From NCBI GenBank assembly GCA_043739185.1, contig JAYUEN010000016.1:1-23984 (forward strand): a stretch of 23,984 bases of DNA, written 5' to 3'. The notes below the pieces were generated by a model. That model ran no database searches. It was not told the origin of the DNA and saw only the letters and a list, made by a program, of their open reading frames with translations. The stretch comes from Bdellovibrionales bacterium (GTDB taxonomy: Bacteria > Bdellovibrionota > Bdellovibrionia > Bdellovibrionales > JAMPXM01). Within the stretch, counting starts at the first letter, position 1; every line of letters starts with the position of its first letter. The translations under genes were made by a program, and so were the position numbers. Shown here piece after piece: positions 9,510-16,822 of the stretch.

Positions 9510-9722
9510 CCTGTTTAGCGCCTCACTCTAATTTTGCCCTATAAGATTAATTGTGGCTTTTATCGCGCCAAATTAATGGGGCGAATTTTCTCAACCTATA
9601 ATATTTTCAAAAATTTATTTGTTTTTGATAAGAAAAGTCTGGTAGGAGAAGCTTCATTTGCTTTTAAGTGCCAAATTGAAACCAGCACATTAAGGGTAAA
9701 AACTTTAAAAGGGGGATTTTAA

Positions 9723-10220
9723 GTGAAGAATACAATATTGAAGGCATGTGCAGGATTTGCTCTTGCCTTGATCGGAATTAACGCCGCGGCGCAACAGCTG
9801 CCGGTTTGCATCAATCATATAACTGGTTATCAGGTGCCAATTATTACCAATGCTGGCCAATCGAACCCAGCCTATTCGACCCTTGATCCAAGAACTGGCA
9901 GCCCAGAAATATTTTTGAATATTCCGGTTTTGCAAAATTTAGGAATTGATACTTCACCATATACTCTCACTTTTATTGTAGAGCATGAGTGCGGCCACGT
10001 TAATTTGGGACATCTTACAACTGGTCCGGTGCCACGAAAAAAGACCAATCAAGAAGAACTTGCGGCTGATTGTTATGCCGCTCATGCCGTTAAAAAATTG
10101 GGCTTCAATCAAAGCATGCTACATTATGTATTGATCGACGTAGATAAATTGCCGAAAGATCCTGATCATCCAGCGGGTATTGTGCGCGCTGCAAATATTG
10201 TGAAGTGCTTTGGTAAATAG
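9723..10220 (+). CDS. Small secreted protein with HEXXH zinc-metallopeptidase (M48-like) motif
   Basis: GTG start with GGGGGA SD; signal peptide (AAA|QQ); HECGH, downstream ELAADCYA, and HPxxxxR (HPAGIVR). Confidence 0.72.
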   Translation: MKNTILKACAGFALALIGINAAAQQLPVCINHITGYQVPIITNAGQSNPAYSTLDPRTGSPEIFLNIPVLQNLGIDTSPYTLTFIVEHECGHVNLGHLTTGPVPRKKTNQEELAADCYAAHAVKKLGFNQSMLHYVLIDVDKLPKDPDHPAGIVRAANIVKCFGK

Positions 10221-10242
10221 CTTTTAAATTAATTTTGACTTC

Positions 10243-10274
10243 AAAAGGAGCCGTGATCTGGCTCCTTTTTTTTT
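10243..10274 (+). terminator. Rho-independent terminator
   Basis: AAAAGGAGCC-gtgatct-GGCTCC followed by T9, about 20 nt after the stop of 9723-10220. Confidence 0.9.
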
Positions 10275-10297
10275 GGCTTATGAGCTTCGATCTCCCC

Positions 10298-10833
10298 CAA
10301 CTCAATGTCGGCACAGCGGGCTCGCCACCCCACTTAAACTTCAAAGAATTGCAGAAGAGCCACTTTACTATGAACCATTTTTTCTGTTCGTAAGTGAGGG
10401 CCATAAACTTTCAACGCAGTCAAAAATTTCAGAAAAAATGTTGAGTGCGAGTGAAGTCTGGCTGCTTTCAGATGAAAATTGCTTTCGCAATCAAGTACTA
10501 GAGGTTTGCACTGAACGTGGCCAAAAAATAAAACTTGGTCAGCTCGAACTCAAAGCAAGTCATCTTGAACCTCTGATTGAACTAGTGGCCACTGGCAACG
10601 GCTATACTCTTCTTCCGCAAATGGCAGCCGAGAGTGTCAAAAAGCGAAAAATTTCTGGTCGCATCATTGAATTTTCGCGCCCCTCTCCTGCACGAGAAAT
10701 AAGTCTAGTTCATCGTCGAGGCCCATTGAAGCAAAGTATTCTCAAGGCCTTAAGCGAGAGCATTTTACAAGGCGTGCCCAAGACTTTTGCAAGAGAAGCT
10801 TCGCGCGCAATGCATACCGTCGGTGTCAATTAG
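10298..10833 (+). pseudogene. oxyR: 5'-truncated, frameshifted oxyR remnant (LysR regulatory domain only, no HTH)
   Basis: LATP, EEPLYYEPF, VWLLSDENCFRNQVLEVC (two Cys spaced like C199/C208), GYTLLP and PAREISLV. The preceding QLNVG (10298-10312) is in another frame. No SD; a terminator lies immediately upstream. Confidence 0.75.
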
Positions 10834-10872
10834 CTTTGTCTATAGCGTATAGAAACAATCCATTGGCTCTAT
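10829..10872 (+). promoter_or_regulatory. Putative OxyR/LysR-type operator upstream of rubrerythrin
   Basis: ATTA-N7-CTAT (10829-10843), ATAG-N7-CCAT (10849-10863) and a further CTAT (10869-10872), resembling the OxyR ATAG-N7-CTAT unit. Confidence 0.55.
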
Positions 10873-10934
10873 CAAAAATCCTAGTTCATAATCGTTCATA
10901 ATTGAAAATGCACAAACAACCACAAGGAGAATTT

Positions 10935-11357
10935 ATGGCAAAAGCACTTAAAGGTACTAAGACCCATGCAAATTTGAAAGACGCATTTGCAGGCGAGTCG
11001 CAAGCAAATCGCAGATATTTGTATTTCGCAAAAGTTGCAGACATCGAAGGTTATCCTGAGATTGCAAGTAACTTTCGAGAAACTGCAGAAGGCGAAACCG
11101 GCCACGCCCACGGTCACTTAGACTATTTGAAACAAGTTGGCGATCCAGCGACTGGTCTTCCTATGGGAGATACCACTTTGAATCTGAAAGCTTCAGTCGA
11201 AGGCGAAACTCATGAGTATACTGATATGTATCCAGGCATGGCAAAAACCGCACGTGACGAAGGATTTTCTGAAATTGCAGATTGGTTTGAAACTCTCGCT
11301 AAAGCTGAGAAGTCTCATGCCGGTCGATTCACTCAAATGTTAAAAACAATTACGTAA
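10935..11357 (+). CDS. rbr: Rubrerythrin, aerobic type (ferritin-like di-iron domain, no rubredoxin domain)
   Basis: [37 protein letters not shown] and AEKSHA. SD AAGGAG before ATG 10935; 140 aa. Confidence 0.95.
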   Translation: MAKALKGTKTHANLKDAFAGESQANRRYLYFAKVADIEGYPEIASNFRETAEGETGHAHGHLDYLKQVGDPATGLPMGDTTLNLKASVEGETHEYTDMYPGMAKTARDEGFSEIADWFETLAKAEKSHAGRFTQMLKTIT

Positions 11358-11374
11358 AAGAACTTGAGGAAATC

Positions 11375-12757
11375 ATGGCAGAAGAAACGCATAGGAGAAT
11401 TTCTTATCAGCCCACCGACGGTCTCAGTTATGATCCAATAGATCCGAAATACTGGGACGAATCGGCGCTACAAAAAGAAATAACCAGAGCGTTTGAACTC
11501 TGCCATGGTTGCCGAATGTGTTTTAAGTATTGTGACTCCTTCCCTAGTCTATTTGAATTCATAGATAAAAATCACGATGGCGACGTAAATAAAGTCACCA
11601 AGTCTGAAACTCACAAAGTAATGGATGCCTGTTTTCAGTGTAAACTTTGTGAAGTGCAATGCCCCTATACGCCAAGAGATAATCACGAATATCAATTGGA
11701 TTTTCCTAAACTCGTTCATCGCTACAAAGCTCAAGAGGCGCGCGCAAACGGACTGGGCCTAAGAGATAAAGTCCTTGGCAATCCTGATGCTGCCGGAAGT
11801 CTCGCTCGAACTAGCTTTGGAATGGCCAATGTTATGAATCGCGTGAGTGCTCATCGTTGGTTTCTAGAAAAAATTGTGGGCATTCATCGCGACAAACTCC
11901 TGCCTGACTTTGCTAGTTCGACTTTTGAAAAATGGGCCGACTCGCAAAATCTAATTCGCGAAGATAAAAGAGACTGTGAAGTGGTTTTATTTCAAACTTG
12001 TTATGTACAAAACAATGAGCCCGAAATTGGTCGCGACACAATTGATGTCATGAAAAAAAATCAGGTGAAAATTCAGTGCGAAAAGGGCCTCGAATGTTGT
12101 GGCATGCCTCGCTGGGAATCTGGTGATCTCGAAAATACTCAAAAACAAGCCAAGCATAATTTAGATAAACTTTTGCCCTTTGTTGAAGCCGGCGCAAAGG
12201 TCGTCGCAATCAATCCCACTTGCTCGATGATGCTGAGAAAAGAATATCCAAATTTGGTAGCGCCTGAAGACCGTGAGCGCTCAAGAAGATTGGCTGCTGC
12301 CGTCATGGATCCCAGTGAATATTTATGGTCTATTCGAAATGAAGCGCGATTTAATACTGACTTCAAGAGCACTCCTGGCGCGCAGGTCAGTTATCACGCT
12401 CCTTGCCATTTGAGGGCGCAATCAATCGGCTTTAAAGGCAGAGACCTCTTAAAAAAAATTCCCGGTGTTGTTCCCAAAACTGTAACTGAATGTTGCGGAC
12501 ACGACGGAACCTATGCAATGAAAACCGAAAGCTTTGAGGCCTCAAAACGAATCGGGCAAAAGTCATTTGATGCCATGAAAGAAAATGAGTCTGAAATTTG
12601 GTCAACCGATTGTCCCCTGGCAGCTATTCAATTCAAGCAGCACGCTGGTGTTAAACCCATGCACCCTATGAGTATTTTGTCTCGCGCCTACCGTGAAGAT
12701 GGCTTTAAAGAAAAAATAGTGAAAGTGAGTCAAGATGAAGAAGATCATAAGAACTGA
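11375..12757 (+). CDS. Rubrerythrin-associated Fe-S oxidoreductase (GlpC/HdrD-like with CCG domains)
   Basis: CHGCRMCFKYC and CFQCKLCEVQCP iron-sulfur motifs; two CCG domains (ECCGMP, ECCGHDG); position between rbr and a DUF3501-like gene. Confidence 0.9.
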   Translation: MAEETHRRISYQPTDGLSYDPIDPKYWDESALQKEITRAFELCHGCRMCFKYCDSFPSLFEFIDKNHDGDVNKVTKSETHKVMDACFQCKLCEVQCPYTPRDNHEYQLDFPKLVHRYKAQEARANGLGLRDKVLGNPDAAGSLARTSFGMANVMNRVSAHRWFLEKIVGIHRDKLLPDFASSTFEKWADSQNLIREDKRDCEVVLFQTCYVQNNEPEIGRDTIDVMKKNQVKIQCEKGLECCGMPRWESGDLENTQKQAKHNLDKLLPFVEAGAKVVAINPTCSMMLRKEYPNLVAPEDRERSRRLAAAVMDPSEYLWSIRNEARFNTDFKSTPGAQVSYHAPCHLRAQSIGFKGRDLLKKIPGVVPKTVTECCGHDGTYAMKTESFEASKRIGQKSFDAMKENESEIWSTDCPLAAIQFKQHAGVKPMHPMSILSRAYREDGFKEKIVKVSQDEEDHKN

Positions 12758-13289
12758 AATTCGCCCCTTAGCTGAGTATGCGAAAATTCGAGAAGCATTT
12801 CGAACTCAAATTATGAAAGTCAAAGATGAGCGCCGAATTCAAATTCAGCCGCATCTCACTTTTCTCTTCGAAAATCACGATACTATTTTGTATCAAATAC
12901 AAGAAATGCTTCGCACTGAGCAGCAAACTGGCGAGAAAGAAATTCTTCATGAGATTGAAACCTATAATGAATTGATTGGCGAAAAAGGCGAACTCGGCTG
13001 CACGCTCATGATTGAAATCGAACAAGCTGATGAGCGCAGTGTGAAGTTAGCACGCTGGCTTGATTTGCTTTCTCATATTTATTTGCTCACCGATCGAGGC
13101 TCAAAAGTATTTCCGCAGTTTGATTCTCGGCAAGTAGGTGAAAGTCGAATTAGCTCAGTTCATTATTTGAAATTTAAATTGGGTGATCAAATTCCAGTGC
13201 GCATCGGCTGCACTCATTTGGATTTAAAAGCGGAAGTGGCACTTACTCAAATTCAAACGGCAGCACTCTGTAAGGATTTAATTGGTTAA
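12735..13289 (+). CDS. DUF3501 family protein
   Basis: LFENHDTILYQIQEMLRTE, EIETYNELI, TLMIEI and SSVHYLKF; expected third gene of the rbr-oxidoreductase cluster. Confidence 0.88.
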   Translation: MKKIIRTEIRPLAEYAKIREAFRTQIMKVKDERRIQIQPHLTFLFENHDTILYQIQEMLRTEQQTGEKEILHEIETYNELIGEKGELGCTLMIEIEQADERSVKLARWLDLLSHIYLLTDRGSKVFPQFDSRQVGESRISSVHYLKFKLGDQIPVRIGCTHLDLKAEVALTQIQTAALCKDLIG

Positions 13290-13898
13290 ATTGAGTTTAG
13301 TACCCCGGGCTTTTAAGGTTTGCTCAAGCTTTAATTTGTAAACCTGACTCAGCTGAGCCCCAACTTCAGAGCTTTCGATAACTCCAAATGCAGCGGCTAT
13401 GGCTTCAAGTGTTGCCATGCCATTTTCAATATGTTCTTTTCTCAAAAATAAAGGACCTGAAACTCTGGGCAAAAGTTTTACACGCGGAACATCTTTTAAT
13501 TCAAGATGACGAGAATTTACTTTACTGGCTTGGCGCCAATTCCCGTCGGGGACAATCAGATGAATAGGCCTTTCATAGTTTTCTAAATATTCTTGAGTTA
13601 GGAATTCGGCCCCATCGGCCGGATAGAGCAAAAGACTTTGATAATTGGGGTTTAATATCTTTGTAAGATCTGTCTTTTCAGTTTGTTCAAATCCTCGAAT
13701 GACCAATTCACTATTGACAAGTGCTTTGATTGCAAGCCTTCCGGTATTGCTCGTTCGCTTCAGTTCTTTGTAGTGAACAACTAAACTGATTCGGGTTTTC
13801 AGATCAAGTCGCGGAATGAATTCGCAAATACAATAGTCTTTATGCAAAAAACATCCCTGACAGGGATCAAGGGTTTTTCGAAGTCGCGATTTCATCAC
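13278..13898 (-). CDS. DTW-domain protein (TapT-like tRNA-uridine aminocarboxypropyltransferase)
   Basis: N-terminal CxxC..CxC, HYKELKRTSNTGRL, LLYP, DGNW in place of DxTW, and ATLEA. Confidence 0.88.
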   Translation of the reverse strand: MMKSRLRKTLDPCQGCFLHKDYCICEFIPRLDLKTRISLVVHYKELKRTSNTGRLAIKALVNSELVIRGFEQTEKTDLTKILNPNYQSLLLYPADGAEFLTQEYLENYERPIHLIVPDGNWRQASKVNSRHLELKDVPRVKLLPRVSGPLFLRKEHIENGMATLEAIAAAFGVIESSEVGAQLSQVYKLKLEQTLKARGTKLNLTN

Positions 13899-14626
13899 TT
13901 CAGCCCGATTTGCAAAAGCAAATCTTCAAATTTAGCATCTAATGAGGCTTGAATTCTCACTGGCGTATCAAGGACAGGATGTTGAAACCCAAGGCTTGTG
14001 CAGGCTAGTAAAAGACGATGACAATTAAATTTGGTGCGAAAGATTTGGTTGTGTATTCCGGAACCATAGTTGACATCCCCAACTATCGGATGCGAGAGAT
14101 GCTTGAGATGTCTTCTGATTTGGTGCTTTCTTCCGGTCTGAGGTGTGGCCTCAATTAAACTGTAACGACTCGTAGGATGGACACCGCTTGAAAAGTCGAG
14201 TTCACATTGAGATAAAAGTCTAAAATTGGTTTTCGCATTCTGCGCTTTTTTGGTCTTGTTAGCTTTGAAATCAGTCTTGCGATCTTGAATTTCTTTAAGT
14301 GGATACTCGAGTTCAACTCGCTCAGACATAAAGCCACGAACCACGGCTAAATATTTTTTTTCAATTTGGCCGCGAGTGAAAAGATCGGTCATGGCGCGCG
14401 CAGCCACTGGCGATTTTGCGAATAAAAGTACCCCCGAAGTAGCTTTATCTAATCGATGCACCGGATAGACCCGCTTGCCAATTTGGTCACGCAAGATCTG
14501 AAGAGCAAATTGTTTTTCTTTTGAATCAATTTTTGTAGCATGCACCAAGAGACCCGATATTTTGTTAATCGCTACAAAATATTCATCCTGAAATAAGATT
14601 TCGAGTTCACAGATCTTCAAAGACAC
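13895..14626 (-). CDS. truC: tRNA pseudouridine(65) synthase TruC (RluA family)
   Basis: NKISGLLVH, LRDQIG, PVHRLDKATSG, TGRKHQIRRHLKHLSHPIVGD and RLLL; no S4 domain; GTG start with GGAG SD. Confidence 0.88.
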   Translation of the reverse strand: MSLKICELEILFQDEYFVAINKISGLLVHATKIDSKEKQFALQILRDQIGKRVYPVHRLDKATSGVLLFAKSPVAARAMTDLFTRGQIEKKYLAVVRGFMSERVELEYPLKEIQDRKTDFKANKTKKAQNAKTNFRLLSQCELDFSSGVHPTSRYSLIEATPQTGRKHQIRRHLKHLSHPIVGDVNYGSGIHNQIFRTKFNCHRLLLACTSLGFQHPVLDTPVRIQASLDAKFEDLLLQIGLK

Positions 14627-15020
14627 GAATAAGCTCCCCAGGAATTGGGGTAGGACGACCCGTTTTTAAATTGACGTAAACCCAAAAAGTCTTAGCACTA
14701 AGAACTTTTTTTTGATCATGAGTTCGTATAATACAATACTCACGGGTGGTTTTAACCCCCTCCATAGCCGAGACCCAAGTCTCAAGTAGCAATTCTTCTG
14801 CCAATAGTACCGGCGCCAAATAATCAATTTCATGGCGACGCACTACGAAGCCGGCACCATCTGAAATAAATTTCTGTAAACTATATCCTAAACTGTCAGA
14901 ATGTTTTGTCGCACCCTGCATGAGCCAAGTAATATAAACTTCATTATTCACATGTTTAAATTCATCAATATCATTTTGACTTACTTTAATTGGCATTCTG
15001 AACATTTTTGTTTGGCTCAT
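14607..15020 (-). CDS. Acyl-CoA thioesterase (YbgC/4-HBT hot-dog family)
   Basis: DIDEFKHVNNEVY, VRRHEIDYLAP and TGRPTPIP. Start set at ATG 15020 (MSQTKMF). Confidence 0.9.
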   Translation of the reverse strand: MSQTKMFRMPIKVSQNDIDEFKHVNNEVYITWLMQGATKHSDSLGYSLQKFISDGAGFVVRRHEIDYLAPVLLAEELLLETWVSAMEGVKTTREYCIIRTHDQKKVLSAKTFWVYVNLKTGRPTPIPGELIRVFEDL

Positions 15021-15212
15021 ATTGGCAATATATAATCGCAAGCTTCGCTTTATTGCAACGGCCAATCTTATCGATATTTGGTATATCTTGATTTAAAAGA
15101 CGCCTTAAAAAATGGAAGGCCAAAAGATTTGCAAAAAAATCAATGCTTAAAGCTGCTTACCGAAATCAAACGAGTCCTTTAAAAGATGAGAACGCAAAAT
15201 TTTAATTTCGCG

Positions 15213-15243
15213 CACTTGACTTCGTTTAAAAGCGAATCATTTT
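15213..15243 (+). promoter_or_regulatory. Promoter-like motif of the mini-gene
   Basis: CACTTGAC-N17-CATTTT; same CACTTGAC and spacing to CAT as the dnaK and dnaJ motifs. Confidence 0.55.
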
Positions 15244-15285
15244 TGAATCAGGTTGATCGAAAAACAAATCTTAAGGAGGTTTTCA

Positions 15286-15321
15286 ATGAGATCTGGGGCA
15301 GTAAAAGAAGTGACTAAATAG
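15286..15321 (+). CDS. 11-aa mini-ORF MRSGAVKEVTK; possible internally deleted cold-shock protein gene or small peptide
   Basis: Perfect SD TAAGGAGGT (15272-15280) 5 nt before ATG; stop TAG at 15319-15321; followed by a + strand terminator. Confidence 0.6.
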   Translation: MRSGAVKEVTK

Positions 15322-15327
15322 TCTGAG

Positions 15328-15367
15328 GCAAGGCTCCGCTTTAATTTTCAGGAGCCTTGTTTTATTA
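15328..15367 (+). terminator. Rho-independent terminator, + strand
   Basis: CAAGGCTCC (15329-15337) / GGAGCCTTG (15351-15359) followed by TTTTATT; the U tract exists only on the + strand. Confidence 0.8.
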
Positions 15368-16822
15368 GCCAATCCACGAAATGAGGCTCCGGCGTTCTGA
15401 GAATTCTTCCATCGCAAAGCGAATGCCCTCGCGGCCAAGGCCGGAGCTTTTCACTCCACCGTAAGGCATATTGTCGGCTCGATAGGTTGGTATATCGTTG
15501 GCTATTACTCCACCCACCTCAAGATTCTGCAGAGCTTGGTATTGAAGCTCGGAGTTCTGAGTGAAGACACCTACTTGTAAACCAAATTTTGAAGCATTGA
15601 CCAAATCAAGGGCTTCAGAAAAATCTTGATACTCTTGAATTAAAACAATTGGCGCAAAAACTTCTTCGCATGATACTTTGCTTGTCGCTTTTACTTGGGT
15701 CAAAATCGTGGGCTGAATAAGATTTTTTTCTCTGGTTCCTCCGGTCAAAACCTTTGCGCCTTCTGCTTTTGCCTCGTCAATCCATTTCATTATGCGCTCG
15801 GCGGCGTTCTCATCAATGACAGGACCAACGCTTGTATCTTTATCATTTGGATCACCCGTTTTGATCTTTGCGGTCTCTTTGAGTAATGCATTGGTGAATT
15901 CGTCTTTCACTTTAGTATGCACAAAAATTCGTTGAACTGAAATACAAGATTGCCCAGCATAGCCATAACCACCCGTCGCGCACCTTTGGGCTGCTCGCAA
16001 AATATCTGAGTCAGAGTGAACAATCACTGCGGCATTGCCACCCAATTCGAGGGCAATCTTTTTACCTATTGCTTGGCCCTGAAGCTCCCATCCCACTTTA
16101 CCGCTGCCTGTAAAGCTGAGTGTTGAAAGCCTCGGGTCACGAACAGCTTTTGATAATATTTCATTTGAGCAATTTAAAACTTGAAAGCATGCGGCCAAGA
16201 TATTTTCTTTTGTATCTGAGGCTTGCCGAATAGCCTTTTCAAAAATCTCAGCAAGTAAATAAGCACAGCCAGGGGCTTGAGGTGACGGCTTTAATAAAAT
16301 CGGACAACCGACAGCTAAAGCGGGTGCTACTTTGTGCGCAACCAAATTGAGCGGAAAATTAAAAGGCGTAATTGCAAGAATGGGCCCGCGAGCAAACCAG
16401 TATGAGATGGCGGGCGCATAAGCTCTGCCAGAAGCATCAATATCAAGAGGAATGACTTCGCCGCCAAATCTTTTTGCTTCCTCACTTGCTATCGTAAAAC
16501 TTTGAATTGCACGATTCACTTCCATTTCAGCAAACAGAAAAGGTTTGCCAGCCTCTTCAATCATTTTTTTTATGAAATCTTTTCGCCGCATTTCAATTTC
16601 AGCAGCCATAAGACCCAAAACTCGGCTCCGCATATAGCGGCTATTTTTTCGAAATCCTAAACTGACGTCGTGAGCAGCCTGAATAGCGATCTCTAGATTT
16701 TCGGGGGTGGCCATACTTACCAGGCTCAGTTTTTCGCCTGAAAAAGGAGACTTCAATTGTGCTTTTTCAGAAGACTCCAACCATTTTCCGTTGATAAAAC
16801 TTTTATAAATTAGCTGAGGCAT
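15365..16822 (-). CDS. Aldehyde dehydrogenase, ALDH21/y4uC-like; candidate succinate-semialdehyde dehydrogenase
   Basis: PFNFPLNLVAHKVAPALA, SFTGS, LELGGNA, AGQSCISVQR, EEVFAP and MPYGGVKSSGLGREG. Start overlaps the gabT stop (TAATG). Confidence 0.9.
   Translation of the reverse strand: MPQLIYKSFINGKWLESSEKAQLKSPFSGEKLSLVSMATPENLEIAIQAAHDVSLGFRKNSRYMRSRVLGLMAAEIEMRRKDFIKKMIEEAGKPFLFAEMEVNRAIQSFTIASEEAKRFGGEVIPLDIDASGRAYAPAISYWFARGPILAITPFNFPLNLVAHKVAPALAVGCPILLKPSPQAPGCAYLLAEIFEKAIRQASDTKENILAACFQVLNCSNEILSKAVRDPRLSTLSFTGSGKVGWELQGQAIGKKIALELGGNAAVIVHSDSDILRAAQRCATGGYGYAGQSCISVQRIFVHTKVKDEFTNALLKETAKIKTGDPNDKDTSVGPVIDENAAERIMKWIDEAKAEGAKVLTGGTREKNLIQPTILTQVKATSKVSCEEVFAPIVLIQEYQDFSEALDLVNASKFGLQVGVFTQNSELQYQALQNLEVGGVIANDIPTYRADNMPYGGVKSSGLGREGIRFAMEEFSERRSLISWIG

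Noticed and set aside
15066..15210. Tiny ORFs upstream of the mini-gene (MEGQKICKKINA, MLKAAYRNQ...)
   Set aside because: No SD, terminator or similarity; expected by chance in AT-rich DNA.
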